Shown here piece after piece: positions 13,862-26,422 of a stretch of DNA of 64,000 nt. The DNA is from Camelus dromedarius (Eukaryota). How positions within the stretch are numbered: the stretch's first letter is position 1; every line of letters starts with the position of its first letter. Position numbers and translations under genes: made by a program. The stretch lies in assembly GCF_036321535.1 (NCBI RefSeq), contig NC_087437.1, forward strand, positions 91,576,001-91,640,000, given 5' to 3'. The notes under the pieces were generated by a model. The model was given only the letters and a program-made list of their open reading frames with translations, made no database searches and had not been told where the DNA came from.

Positions 13862-14322
13862 AATAAAATAATGCCATTTGCAGCAACATGGATGGACCTA
13901 GAGAAAATTATTCTAAATGAAGTAAGCCAGAAAGAGAAAGAAAAGTACCATATAATATCACTCACATGTGGAATCTAATAAAAAGAAAAAAGAGGAAGCT
14001 AATGAACTCATCTACAAAACAGAAACTGACTTGCAGACATAGTAAACAATCTTATGGTTACCAGGGGAAAGGGAGTGGAAAGGGATAAATCTGGGAGTTT
14101 GAGATTTGCAAATGTTAGTCACTATATATAAAAATAGATTAAAAAAACAAAGTTCTTCTGTATAGTGCAGGGAACTATATTCTATATCTTATAATACTCT
14201 TTAATGAAAAAGAATATGAAAATGAATATATGTATGTATATGCATCACTAGGACATTGTGCTGTATACCAGAAATTGACAGATTGTAACTGATTATACTC
14301 AATTAAAAAACAACAACAACAA
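13862..14322 (+). mobile_element. Young 5'-truncated L1 (end of ORF2, 3' UTR, A-rich tail)
   Basis: atgccatttgcagcaacatggatggacctagag...ccagaaattgacagattgtaactgattatactcaattaaaaaa(caa)n. Confidence 0.9.
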
Positions 14323-14689
14323 AACTAATATTGTGAGGACTTTCCAATTAAAAATATATATTTAAGATTAACAGATACTCACTTTTTAAAAAGACATAAG
14401 ATATGACTCAAAGAAACAACAAGAAGAAAAGAGCTAGTGGAGATTATAATTTTCCTGGACAAAAAAAAAGCCAAAAACAAAAAACCACTAAGTAGACATA
14501 AAAAAAAGGCCCATCACGTTTCAGGTAAAACTTGACTAAAGATTTACCTCTATCTATACAAGGATGAAATTTTTAATTTTAAGTTTAAAGAATAAATTTT
14601 GTACCCATTGGGGAGATACAAAAAGTATCAGTCTATACACAAAATAGCCAATAAATATTCTTTACTTCTTGCCTTTAATTATTATTTCA

Positions 14690-14810
14690 TTACACATAAG
14701 AGGAATTAAACCCCAGAGATTAGTAATTTACCCACAGTCATTAGGCAAGCGAATGACAGGGCTGAGTTTCAAATTCATTCAGTCTGACTCCAGAAGTATG
14801 TTCTGAACCA
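14690..14810 (-). mobile_element. MIR fragment
   Basis: MIR core-like gaggaa..aaaccccagaga..agtaatttacccacagtca...cagtctgactccaga. Confidence 0.6.
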
Positions 14811-14898
14811 GAACCTCAAATCTGTTTATTTATAAAGTTGCTTTGACATATCACTGTACGAATATCAAAGGCTCTTATTTTTGTCTGACTCTTTGAAG

Positions 14899-14979
14899 GT
14901 CATGGCTAGTGTCATAGTACAACTTAGGAGCCTCAAGTATATAATGGAGAAGCAGCTGGGATTTTTGTTGAATGACAAG
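14899..14979 (+). pseudogene. Candidate exon, 81 nt: phase-1 reading (G)HG*CHSTT*EPQVYNGEAAGIFVE*Q; phase-0 reading VMASVIVQLRSLKYIMEKQLGFLLNDK is open
   Basis: Acceptor tttttgtctgactctttgaag| and donor AAG|gtaact. Frame ambiguous. Confidence 0.4.
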
Positions 14980-15050
14980 GTAACTTCTCCCTCATTTTAA
15001 TGGCATTGCCCCATAAGTTCTTTATTCATACTCATTCTTTATACCATAAG

Positions 15051-15166
15051 CAGTGCTTGTTTCCTGTTTCAGTAATAAACCAAATCTCAAGCAACTCAAG
15101 TCTGATGGTTATTTGTGCCAGTTTGTAAACTCAAAAACTCCATGATTGAGTCCAGATGACCCCCTT
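15051..15166 (+). pseudogene. Candidate disrupted exon (A)VLVSCFSNKPNLKQLKSDGYLCQFVNSKTP*LSPDDPL
   Basis: Follows a 71-nt gt..ag candidate intron (14980-15050). One in-frame TGA. 3' end uncertain (CTT|gtaatt). Confidence 0.3.
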
Positions 15167-16384
15167 GTAATTCATTTCAACTCCATTTGTGCCCAGCTCC
15201 ACTTTGTGTGAAGTCTGTTTTAAATAAAAATTAATGGGATTTGTGCTCATTAGCCTATAATTTTATTATAGAGAATCCCACAATCGAAAAAATAACTTGA
15301 GAAGAGTACCAAGCAGCTTATCTCCAAAACTAATAATTTGCCTAAGACCCAATCCTGTAAGTCCAACTGTCTATCAGAACTTTCTATTTGGATGGCGCAA
15401 CTTAACTAAGTCAGGCCCATATTCAAAATTATACTCAGCATTTCTATTTCTTTCCTCCCACCACTCCATTATTTTGGTTTTTTTAAACATTCATTTATTT
15501 AGTTAATTTATTGTTCCCACAACATTTGAAATATTAGGCACTTAAAATTCTCTTTCATCTTTGATCACAGAATCATAGAATTTTATAAAATTCAAAGATT
15601 ATAGAGATAATCTAGTCCAAAATGAAGTCCAGGGAAATCAAGCTTTTAAGTATCTAATTAATTATTAATTTTACAATATCTGCATTAATAAGGTATTTTA
15701 TATTTTCTTCTCCCAGTCTATACCTGCTGCCACTATCATAAAACCATCACTTTATTTCTCACATAGAACTTCCATTCTCTAACTTTTAGATTATTAATAT
15801 ACAGGCATCCACTGTGTCCATCTTCTTAATAATGTTGTTTAAATCTTCCCTGTTTTTATTAATCTTTTTGCTTGATATATTGACCTTAGACATCACTTTT
15901 TAGTCCAGTATTCTAAAATTAATATGTATGATTATCATTTTTTTCTGGTAATTCTGACAATTATTGTTTCACATATGTTTAGACTATTTTGCTGAATGCA
16001 TTTAGGTTCAGTTCCCTTCTTGTCATTATGATGGAATCTTTATCCTAAGTCATGCTTTTAGACCTTACAATCTTCTTTTTTTTGAGGTTAACATAGCTAT
16101 AAAATTTTATCTTCATTATTAATTGCCTGAAATTTATATCCTTCACTTTACATTCAAGCTGACTCTTTCATATTTTACTATGAGAAGATGTTCTTAAATA
16201 ACTATAAGTGCTATTTAATTTCATTCGGATGTTCTAATAAGCACAGGGAATGGGAATGGGTGATAGGAGTACATAAGCAATAAATTAAATCGATTCCACT
16301 GATTTGGAAACGCAATTAAGGATAAATCAGTGATCTTTAATTTTTCATCCACATGAACAACTTTAACAAATAAAAAGAGTCGAT

Positions 16385-16845
16385 AGCTGCTATAAAAAAA
16401 AAAATTACCACAAATTGGGTGGCTTAAAGAAAGAGATATTTTCCTTTGCAGTTTTAGAGCTGAGAAGTTCAAATTCAGTGTCTCAACAGCCATACTTCTA
16501 CAGGAGGCTTTGGAGGAGAATGATTTTCATATTTTTTTCCTAGCTTCTGGTGGTTGTGGGCAGTCCTTGGTGTTTCTTAGCTGGTAGGTGCATGACTCCA
16601 ATCTCTACGTCTTGTTTCATATCCCCATCTCCTGTATGTGCCCTTTCCTCTAATCTCCTTCTGCCTCACTCTTACAAGGACACATATAATTGGATATGAG
16701 TCCACTCACATCATTCAGGATTATCTCATTGTCTCAAAATTCTTAACTAATTACATAAACAAATACTTACTTTCACATAAGTTAACATTCATAGGTTCCA
16801 GATAGGAGGACTTGGATATAACTTTTGGGGCCCACCAACTTACTG
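16385..16845 (-). mobile_element. MaLR MLT1 LTR (MLT1B/C-like)
   Basis: gctgctata..aattaccacaaattgggtggcttaaa...tagcttctggtgg...cttacaaggacac...acattcataggttcca. Confidence 0.8.
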
Positions 16846-17206
16846 CAAAGTTTGTGTCATAAATCCATGAAAGTGCTAGTTTGTTTTTTGTTAAGAAAGT
16901 TTATGATGTTATTCTTTTTAGAAATTTGAAAGTAATGTTTCAGTAGGAATTACACAGAAACTTAAAGTAGAGTAACTCTTACTGAGAAATATTACAAAAA
17001 GATTTCATGGGAAAAATTAGCTAGCAATATCTCTATGGAATTCTCTTTCTAAAAATAGTCAATTTTTGTTGAAGTTGTTTATTTAAGTAATTTAATAAAT
17101 TCTGCTTAAACTATTCTTCATATGAACTCTAGATCTATGAGGATTACTACTTAATTCATATATAACTTGATAGATAAGTATTTCATATTTCACTATATTC
17201 TTTAAG

Positions 17207-17320
17207 CAACATAAATAGTAAGATCAACTGCACTTCTTTTGCTGAAAATCCAGGTCTACCACCCAATGCTAAACTTCTGCAGATAAACTGTCTCTGGAAC
17301 TTAACCAGTTTCTTGATAAA
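17207..17320 (+). CDS. Candidate exon (phase 2 to 2, 114 nt): NINSKINCTSFAENPGLPPNAKLLQINCLWNLTSFLI
   Basis: Acceptor tttcactatattctttaag| at 17206 and donor AAA|gtgagc at 17320/17321. Open, length divisible by 3, sequons NCT and NLT. Confidence 0.55.
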
Positions 17321-19009
17321 GTGAGCATTATATCAGAATGGCCTTTTACTGTTGTTTTCTTGTCTACTGTTTCCATATATGCCATTCCTGTAAGTATTTA
17401 TTTCTCTTATTTAGGTGCTACATTCAGTTTAAGCATTGTAATTTATGTTCTGTACATTGTGCTACTGGCTTTGGGCAATGTGTACATTTTAAATAAACTA
17501 AATGAATAAATTAGTTTTGCTGTTCTAACTGCTTCTTACCTCCAGTATTTCTCTGAAAACATATTTCCTAAAGGAATATCTGAAGCCCTATTTAGCTGGC
17601 AATTTTTAGTAAACAATGAGAAGCAAGTGCAAAATATTTATGAAATATAAATATTTAGATTGAAAATATTTCTCATAATTTATTTTACATTTAATGACAT
17701 TTCAAATATATATAAAGCTGAGGGACTATATAAGGGGGGGAAAAAGAATCCAACTGTAAAAGCCAGCATACCTGGAACAGGAGTTAAGACAAAATGGAAT
17801 AATATTGTGGATAAAAAAATCTCCTTCCTTTATATTTTGTGTCACTACTACTATTGGAGTTACAGCTATGGAGAGTCAAGGAGTCAAAATAAGGTATCAG
17901 CAATAATTGCAGCTAAAAAGCTTATAGTATTTTATGTAATGTTTTCAATTTATAATAAAAATTAAGCTAATTTTTATAAAAGTTAATTTATATGTTAATA
18001 GCATTCAAGTAACATATTATTCCCAAAACATTATTTTCTGATGTCTTATGAATTGTTATTTTCCTCATATTTGATTATAATTGAGTTTTAAGGCAATTAT
18101 CAATTTGTTAACCAAATGTTTATTGCTGATTTCTAAAATGAAAGACACTGAATGCTCTCATTTCAGTTACATAACATATTTAAGAATACAGAAAAGTCCA
18201 CAAAGTTTTTTTTTTTCCTTTGGTGGGGGGATTATTTTGTTTTGTTGATTATTAAACATAGAGGTGAACATAATAAATTCTGAACTGAATATTACAGACA
18301 TTTTCAAAGGGAATGTATCATCTCTCTTGAGTCACCAAGAATTTGTTTTCTGAGTCTGTAAGCAAAAACAATGACTTGAAAGCTGTTATGATGTGGCAAA
18401 TGGACATAAATATTATGGTAGTGAAATATGAGATTATTTTTGTTTTAGGAGGTATTACTTATTTCCTAAAAATTCAGGCAAATCTGTCAAAAGAGAGGCC
18501 AGTAGGAATTTGACACTTGGATTCATCATTATTTACAAAAAGTAGAAGATTGAATAATACCAAGTACTGCAGAAGTATAGGAAAGAAACTCTTATGACCT
18601 TCTGGTAGTAAAGTAAAACACACACACAGCTACTTAGTTTCAAAGCAGTATGTATAAAAATAAACACTTAAAAATTTAATAAATATAATTTCATGAAAAT
18701 CCATTTAAGGAAAGATTTCAAGATATGCAGGATGTGACTATATCTCTGAATGGCTGGACCATGAGCAACTTTTCCTCTAGCACACATTTTATAAACTTCT
18801 GTGATACAAGCATTATACTAAAAAGTTTTTTTTAATAAAATTGTTTATCAATGCAAAATGCTGTTTAAAAGATACTTTAGAAAATGTAGTAATTACAACA
18901 ACAATATTCAAAAGTATATTTTAAATAGAGGGCTGAGAGTAGAATAAGATTTTAATAAAAGTGTGAGTCTTAGAAATTTAAATAATGGAATGAAAATTTC
19001 TATATAAGT

Positions 19010-19330
19010 AAAAGTATGCTGAACTATGCTGCTATAATACACAACCTGAACTTATTAGTGGCTTTACAAAATACAAGTTTATATCATACTTACAATGTCC
19101 ATTTTGTTCTCTTCCCAAATGTTTCTCCAGGGCATTGATTATTAATGCATTGCCACATTTCAGCATTATAATGGCAGAAATAGAGAATATGGAAAATCAC
19201 AAAGCAACTAACTGTTCAATACTTCCATCCAGAAGTGACATATTCCTTTTCATTTCACATTTTATTGGCCTAAGCAAGTCATATGTTCATGCTCAATTTC
19301 CAGAGGGTAGGGTTGTGTAATCTTCCAGTT
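19010..19330 (-). mobile_element. Old MLT1 LTR fragment
   Basis: tatgctgctataa..caac...agtggcttta...cacattttattggcctaagcaagtcat. Confidence 0.5.
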
Positions 19331-19519
19331 TGCCAGAAAGTTTGGACTGAATTTCAAATATTAGTTGGTAGCTATACAATTTATCTCAAATTTCTTTTCA
19401 AGAGCTTGAGTTGTAGAAAAAAATGGAAAAATGAAACTCATAACTGAAATTATGTCACACTGTGCATTCTATAGAATACAAACATCTTGGAGCTTTATAC
19501 ACACACACACACATATGTT

Positions 19520-20090
19520 TGCATATATTAAAGTTTACCTCTTATGATGTTCATTTGTCTGGGTTATGACAAATGCATAAACCCACAATTCTGCCAGTCC
19601 AATACCATCCAGAATAGTTCCAGTACTCTAAAATTTCCCGTGTGTGTGCCATTTGTAGGAGATACTCTCCCTCCTCCAACCCTTAACAACTACTTCTATG
19701 TCTTTGTCCCTATAATTTCATCTTTTCCAGAATGTTGAATGTATGGAATCTTGCTATATGTAACCTCTAGGGTCTAGCTCCTGTTATTTAGTGAAATGTG
19801 TTTAACTTTCATTGCATTGCATGAATCAATAGTACATTCTTTTTCATTGCTGAATAGCTTTTTATTTTATAAATGTACCACAGTTTATTAACCTAATCTC
19901 TCATTGAAGTACACTTTATAATAGTTATGAATAAAGCTTCTATATTCATCCAGCTACGGGATTTAGTGTGAACATATATTTTGAGTTCACTTGGGTACCT
20001 ACATAAAAAATGCTATTTCTGGGCCATATATGAAATCTGTATTTAACTTTAAGAAGAAATGATAAATTCCTTTCCTAAGTGCCTTTTCCA
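19520..20090 (-). mobile_element. Old L1 (L1MC/MD-like) 3' region
   Basis: tctgggttatgacaaatgcata...ttttcattgctgaatag..aaatgtaccacagttta. Confidence 0.7.
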
Positions 20091-21586
20091 TCAGGAATGT
20101 CACACTTTCACACTAGCCCAGCAATTTGCCAAATTACTGGCCTAATATTGTATCAGATTATATTGTGTCTGGTGACATTTGCCTCATGTAAGTGAACGTT
20201 CAGGTTCTATGCCTCTAGATTTTAGTATGATTCTGTCCTGGACCCTGAGTTTTTGATGAGTTCATGAAAAACCATAATGTGTACTTTTCTACTTTTTTCC
20301 CCGTAGGGATGGGAAATACCTCTTTCTAGTTTTTTCATCTGTGAACTGAAACTAGAAGTCATGTTTTTGTTTGTTTTGTTGAGTTTTTATTTTTTAAAAT
20401 GCTGAGTCAATATTTTGTATATTTGCACATTCCTGGAATCTAGTAAAAAGGTTCACAAAATCGGATGCACATCAGAGCAGGTGATGTACATTGTATGTTC
20501 AGTGAGGTGGACTAAAATAATGCCCGAATCTAATGAAATTATAAGTTCTGTCTTTTGATGCATGAAAAGACACAGCTGAGTGGATCACTGTGTAAGTAAC
20601 AATAAGAAAGGATATCTGTTAAAATAAATGATGATTGCTGCTATAACTTTAAGACCAGTGTGTGCTATGCAAGGGTGGTGTAAGGCAAGAGCTATAACAC
20701 CGACATTATTTCTGATTTCTTTTCATGTAAATTCAGGGAAAATGCTACCGTTCTAAAGGTCTTCATTTCTCCTTGGCAGTATGAGAATTATAAATAGCAA
20801 GGGATTGTAGAACTAGTTCATGGTTTTTAGATTCTAATCCCTTAGATCTACTTGTGAATAGAGTTTAGATACCAGGATGAAGAAATAGTAAAAGTATTGG
20901 CAAAATGTGGATTGAAGTGTGATGATTTTAAAATCCCATTTATCTTTCTTCTCCTAGTAATTTTTAGTCTGTTGCTTTACTATATCAAGATTGCATATTT
21001 TAGAGTAAATAAAAGCTACTACTGGCTTGATTAACTTTTAAGTAAAAAAGTATTTGAATCATTATGTTAACTAACCATTTCCTTCTGTATAAAGAGTTGG
21101 TTTTGAAAACAATCATCCAGAAACCTGTCATTTATAAGGATAATCAATAAATTATGGCTATAATGCTCTCTGGTTTATGTAAGTGCCTCCCAATATTCTT
21201 CTTACACGATCCACAATTGTAACAATCTTTTGAGCTCAAAAGGATTAGGTACAAGAACACTTTAGACAATTTGATGTATCTAATTCATAAAGAATTTCTA
21301 TATCGGTCTTTTGTTGAAATATTATCAGAAACTCTGACCTACATGCATTTGTATTTGTATGTCTGTTTGTTAAAATGAGAAGCATTATCAGCAGTTTCTA
21401 GTATTCGTTAAAATCTTTCTATGTTGTTTATAATGCAAAAACATTGCAAATATCTGTTTGAAAATAAGAACCTACCAAAAGATCAAGATAAAGTGTTGAA
21501 CGCTTGACTTACTTTATTCTTGTTGCTGTTAATACCAGATAATGTTTTAAACAAAGATATCATTTTTTTTTTGTATATTTTCTTAG

Positions 21587-21844
21587 GACATTTCTTTGGT
21601 TTCAAAGAGAATTATTCTTTATTCCTTTATACACTTTAACGTTTAACTTTTGATTATAAGATAGTACCAAAAATAAAAACTCCAAAATTCCAATCCAGGA
21701 ACATAAAAAAAATCATCTTCAAAGCCAACATTTGTGAAGCAGATTTGAAAACAAAGTATCATCCCTTTGGAGCCATTAAACAATGTCTCTTTTTTTTTTT
21801 TTTTTTTTTTTCATGCTTAAAGAGCAAAGAAAATCTCTTCCATG
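21587..21844 (+). pseudogene. Candidate disrupted exon ..FDYKIVPKIKTPKFQSRNIKKIIFKANICEADLKTKYHPFGAIKQCL(F)7SCLKSKENLFH
   Basis: Very strong acceptor tttttttttttgtatattttcttag| at 21586 and donor ATG|gtaggt at 21844/21845. One stop or frameshift near 21637-21651 and an internal T22 run. Confidence 0.45.
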
Positions 21845-21926
21845 GTAGGTACTATTGAGAGTTATGACCGTCTGGCAGCTTATTTCATTAAAAATATCTG
21901 TAATTCATTTTGCTTTATTTCTACAG

Positions 21927-21984
21927 ATTCCCCAGCAGCTTCAGTGAACTATAGCACTTATATGTGTTGATGTGAGAAATTAAG
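21927..21984 (+). pseudogene. Candidate small exon (D)SPAASVNYSTYMC*CEKL
   Basis: 82-nt candidate intron 21845-21926 ending ttttgctttatttctacag. Phase-1 start fits the previous exon. NYS sequon and one TGA. Donor at 21984 (AAG|gtttat) or 21971 (|gtgaga). Confidence 0.4.
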
Positions 21985-22070
21985 GTTTATTTTTAATGTC
22001 AAAAATATAAAAGACACCTTTATTTTAATTTTAGGAAGCAGAGATTTCTTTTTCTCTTCCTTTTATGCAG

Positions 22071-22264
22071 TTCCATTTCGTGGTCAAACTTAGGCCCAAG
22101 TCACTATCCTTTGTGAATTAAAACTAGTAGATGGAGGGATGCAATTTTAAATTATTCTCTTTTGTGTTCACTGGATTTTCTGCATTTGCTGCTTTTGCCT
22201 CATTTGTACAATAACAAATATGAAAGAATTTCTCATTCTTAAATTTTACATTTCCATTACATAA
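22071..22264 (+). pseudogene. Candidate terminal exon with TM segment: SISWSNLGPSHYPL*IKTSRWRDAIL / IILFCVHWIFCICCFCLICTITNMKEFLILKFYISIT*
   Basis: Strong acceptor tttctttttctcttccttttatgcag| at 22070. Hydrophobic, Cys-rich stretch after a 1-nt frameshift at about 22150. AATAAA at 22550-22555. Confidence 0.4.
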
Positions 22265-25200
22265 TTTTAAACCCTGTATATCAACTTGCTTTTAAATTTA
22301 AAAATAATGCTTATTTCTCACATAATGTATATGTGTATTTGTACATAAATTATATATACAAACATATAAATGCATATGCAATCAATATTTATATTCATAA
22401 ATGTATATACGCACACATATAGAATCATACTGAAAGAGTGACTTCAGTTGCCACTGTTAACTCTTTAAAGTCATTAAAATATTTGGCAATGCCTTATGAA
22501 CCTTCTAAACAACTCTGATATTAAAAAACACTTTTTACTAGCTAGTTAGAATAAATCTCTTTTTATGAAGGAAATGTCCTTATTTTCAAAAGCCAATTGT
22601 GTGTTTTTGTTAGGATTTTAAAAAAAAGACTATAAAAGAACTAAAACATTTATTTACACGCCTTCATTTAAAGACATAAAGAGTTGTTAAAGTCAAGGAA
22701 GTGATTAATTCAATTCAATGAAAACAAATACATGAATGCATAAGCATAACACTAAAATCACTTTAAAACACATTTTTAACAGATAATTATTTTTGTAAAA
22801 TATTTCCAGTTTGCTGTATTTGTTTTTTCCAAAACAGTTTGGAATGTCCAAAATTCAGAAGAAGAATATATGCTTAAAACTTATAGCAAAACATTCAGTT
22901 AATGTGGCTAATGAGTGCACTTTGTTAAAAATTAGTCTAGACAGAAAAGAAAAATCCTGGGTTATTATATTCCTCATGCACTTCATTTACTAACTGTCTC
23001 ACTCTGTCTCTGTCCAGGGCTTTTCTGAGAAAGCAGGGTTTTCAGTCTCTTCTCTGTTCAAGCTTGAAGTGCTTTGTTCTCCTTGAAGCAGACCCCATTG
23101 TCCACAAACATGCATTTCTAGTGTACCTGCATTGCTATTGGTCTCTTCTCCTTGTCTACCATTGGCTCTCATATGGCTCACAGCTAATTCCAGGTGGCCA
23201 GTATTTATCTACAATGAGGGCTAACATGTCCCAAGGTCAAAATCATGTGAAATATGGCAAAATGAGAGAAGTGGTATTTATCTAAAACTATTCCAGAATA
23301 TGAAGAGATATATTGGAAACCCTTTGGAATAGAGTGTAAGAATAATTTCTAAACCCCACCAATTTCTAAACCCAAGTCTAGGCTTCAGTTCAGTTAGATG
23401 GTCTCTAAAATGCCTTCCAAACAGAAAGGAATGGTAATGGTAAATTTATGATTATCCGAGTGTGATAGTTAATTTGGGATCTGCACTGACACCGGTCATT
23501 TTCTGTCTCTAAGTGTCCTCCACATAGCATTAATTTTTTCTCTGAAGAATAAACAAATATATAAAGAATGCATTTGTGAAGGTGAGAAAATTACACATAT
23601 TGTACACTAGAATGTTCTGGCCTGAGCATGCTCCCAAGAACCCCTGGAAAAAAGAGCATGAATACTCATAATCTCTTCCAAGGAGATATTTACTCTCAGG
23701 TTTCCTTTCTCACAGTACCTACTGAAGGAGATAAAATGACTTCAAATTCATATGTGATGGTAGTACTAAAGAACTTAACTGACTCTATGGACTGATGCGA
23801 TGCATCCTACATTAGATGTACATATGCCAGTTGGCTCCATGATTACACAAATGGAAGAGAGCACAGAGGAAAAAAAGTATATGTTATATACGTATATGTT
23901 TTATAGTTCTATGTATTAAGTGCTTTTTTCTGAAATAAATGTATTGCTACTAAGGAGCCAGAATTTACCTTGGTTATGAATATATTTATAATTAAATATT
24001 TCTCTTTTTGTTAATGTGACTGCTACTTTGGTTCTATTCTTCACTTTAAATTATGGACTTTGTTAATTTTACTTCTCATTTTATACAAAGTTTTTAATGT
24101 TAACATTTTGATAATTTAAAAAAATGTCTGGAAGAACTGTTTTCATGGCATTTATTATTTGTACAGTATAATTAATACTATGTAGAATTAACAGCTCTCA
24201 GTGTTAAATTTGAAAAAACAGTCTAAAGAAATTTTTAAAAGGTAAATGCTATGACTCATTCAGATTTAAATTATATTTTTGTTCCTCTGTAAAACACTAA
24301 ATGTTGAATGTCTTTTTTCCCTACTGTTTAATTGTGTTCTATATTTATTCTTTTAAAATCCAATAGCATAAATATTTACTTAGCTAAATGTCTGACACAT
24401 ATTCTATTAATGAATATGAGCTATTATTTAAATATAATTACGATCATTATTAACTATGATTAAATATTATTCATAATATTATAAGCATATTTCAAACACA
24501 GCTTACATTTATATTAATATTGTACTTAGTATTATATTTTAAACATTGCTTATTAATCTTATCTAATTATAACATTTTATTGGATACAGACATTCGATTG
24601 TATTGACATACACTATATTGTGTACTCTATGGACAGTTACTTTTAAAAATATGTTAAAATTGAAGAACTGATTTTTATTTTATGTGACAAAAGGAAATAT
24701 AAATACCTATATACATATATGTAAAAGATAGTTTGGCAGAATTATCTTTGGAATTCCCTCTTGTTTCATGAATATTTCTACAAACTATTATTTACTCACA
24801 AGCATTCAGATAGTTCTCTCTTGGTCCATGTAAATTTTCATGCTTGTTTTGGTGGAACTCAACTGAATTCTCTGACAATTATGTAAGCATTAGCACTACA
24901 TTATTTCCTTCAACTATGAGACCTGAAAAACACCTTTTAATGAATATCAGCAGAATGTGAATATAGGAAAGAAATTTCCAAGCACATAGGCATTGTTTCC
25001 AGTTTCACTTCTCCTTCTGTATTCTTTGTAAAATATAAGTAGGGCAAATTTGAAAAATGCATAGCAAACTTAATTTTGAAGGAGTGATGGTATTTGAATT
25101 GTACACTAACCTACCACTTAATAGCTTCCATGAAGCTACAGGACTTACTGGAATTTTTAAAGAGGTCATATTATACTTTTAGATTACAATTTGTTTGATA

Positions 25201-25569
25201 TGGATCCCAGAAACCCAAACTATCAAGTAAGAAATTTTGGATACTTGCAAGATCTTTAAGAATATTAGATACAAAATATAGCACATGACATACCAAATCG
25301 CCAAGTAAGATCACCATCATTAGCATTTTTTATTTACTTCCTAACTTTCCTTTGAATTAACCTTACCAGTCAGTAGATTTTAGGCTATTATTTCTTCACT
25401 CTGCCGAATAATATTTTTTTCAATATTGTAAGAATGTTGAGTTGCATGATAGTTTGGTAAAAGTAAGGTATTTTAAAATGTCCATTTTAGATATTATACT
25501 ATGAAAGTACAGAACTAAATTCTTCCTAAAGTTCTGTTGATTATTTTTGCTTCATGACTGAGGAGTGCA

Positions 25570-25865
25570 ATTAATTTATTTATTTGTACATTTAATAAAC
25601 ATTAACAAACCACTTATAATTTGCCCATCACACTAGGGATTCTTTAGCAAAATGATCTTCGGTTTCTTTCCTTATAGCAATGTGATTAAATAAACATAAG
25701 CAGAACAACACAACCGCTGATGTAAGAAATCTATGATATGCTCTAGGGAAAAAATAGGGGCATCAGGTCTGGAATGGGGATGAGTTGTCAGGGAGAAGTG
25801 ACTCAAAGAGGAAATAACATTTCAGATTAAAAGGAGGTAGGATCAGTAGGAGTTACCAGATTTGG
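25570..25865 (-). mobile_element. L2 3' fragment
   Basis: tttatttatttgtacatttaataaacatt...gaggaaataacatttcag, resembling an L2 3' end. Confidence 0.45.
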
Positions 25866-25879
25866 GTAATTACTATTGA

Positions 25880-26220
25880 CTGTGATTTGATAATTCAGCT
25901 TCCCCTTCTAGCAGAGATGGTGATGGTACTTTCCTGTGTTATGGCCAGTGAATTTTGAGAAGAGTTATGTATTTCTTTCTAGTACACTTATAAAAAAGGG
26001 TAGGATGCAACTCTATGCTTTTCTTCTCCTGCTCCAGCAATTGTGGCAGCACATGTTGATGTGAAGACAGTCATCTCAGGGAGTCTGGCTTTCCTGGGGA
26101 GTTTTCTCAACCAGCAGCATAATTTTCATGAGAACATATTAAACCTCTGGTGTTTTAAGATGCTTTAATTGGAGAGTTGTCTGTTGCTGCAGTATAACTC
26201 AGAAAGTCCTAAATAATATA
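25880..26220 (+). mobile_element. Old MLT1 LTR
   Basis: tactttcc...tggccagtgaattttgagaaga...aaacctctggtgttttaag...gttgtctgttgctgcagtataac. Confidence 0.55.
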
Positions 26221-26422
26221 CCATGCAAATGTAATATAAGGTATTGTACAAAGAGGAGACAGGAATAAGAGAAAACTTTATGTTCAAATGTCAAGGATGA
26301 AAGAGGAAACATGGTATTTTGTTGGAAAAGAGAGAAGCTCAGTATGGCTTGATTTTATAGAAAATATGAAGGTGGAGTTGAAAAATTAGGTTTAAGTGTC
26401 TTGTATACCACCTTAAGAAATG

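Larger units (their letters stand above)
661..22264 (+). pseudogene. Candidate multi-exon decayed gene encoding an unidentified type-I membrane glycoprotein (5' exons probably lie upstream of the window)
   Basis: Series of non-repeat segments bounded by polypyrimidine-AG and GT donors: 661-871, ~3966/3974-4177, 4422-~4565, 9205-9490, 12439-12585, 14899-14979, 15051-~15166, 17207-17320, 20444-20591 and/or 20737-20778, 21587-21844, 21927-21984, 22071-~22264. Three are open and the others are disrupted. Protein not recognised. Confidence 0.5.

Noticed and set aside
12575..14925. C-x3-G-x-CH similarity to phlebovirus Gc
   Set aside because: The motif is short, depends on a stop-containing frame, and the following CGGWGCGC fusion loop is absent.
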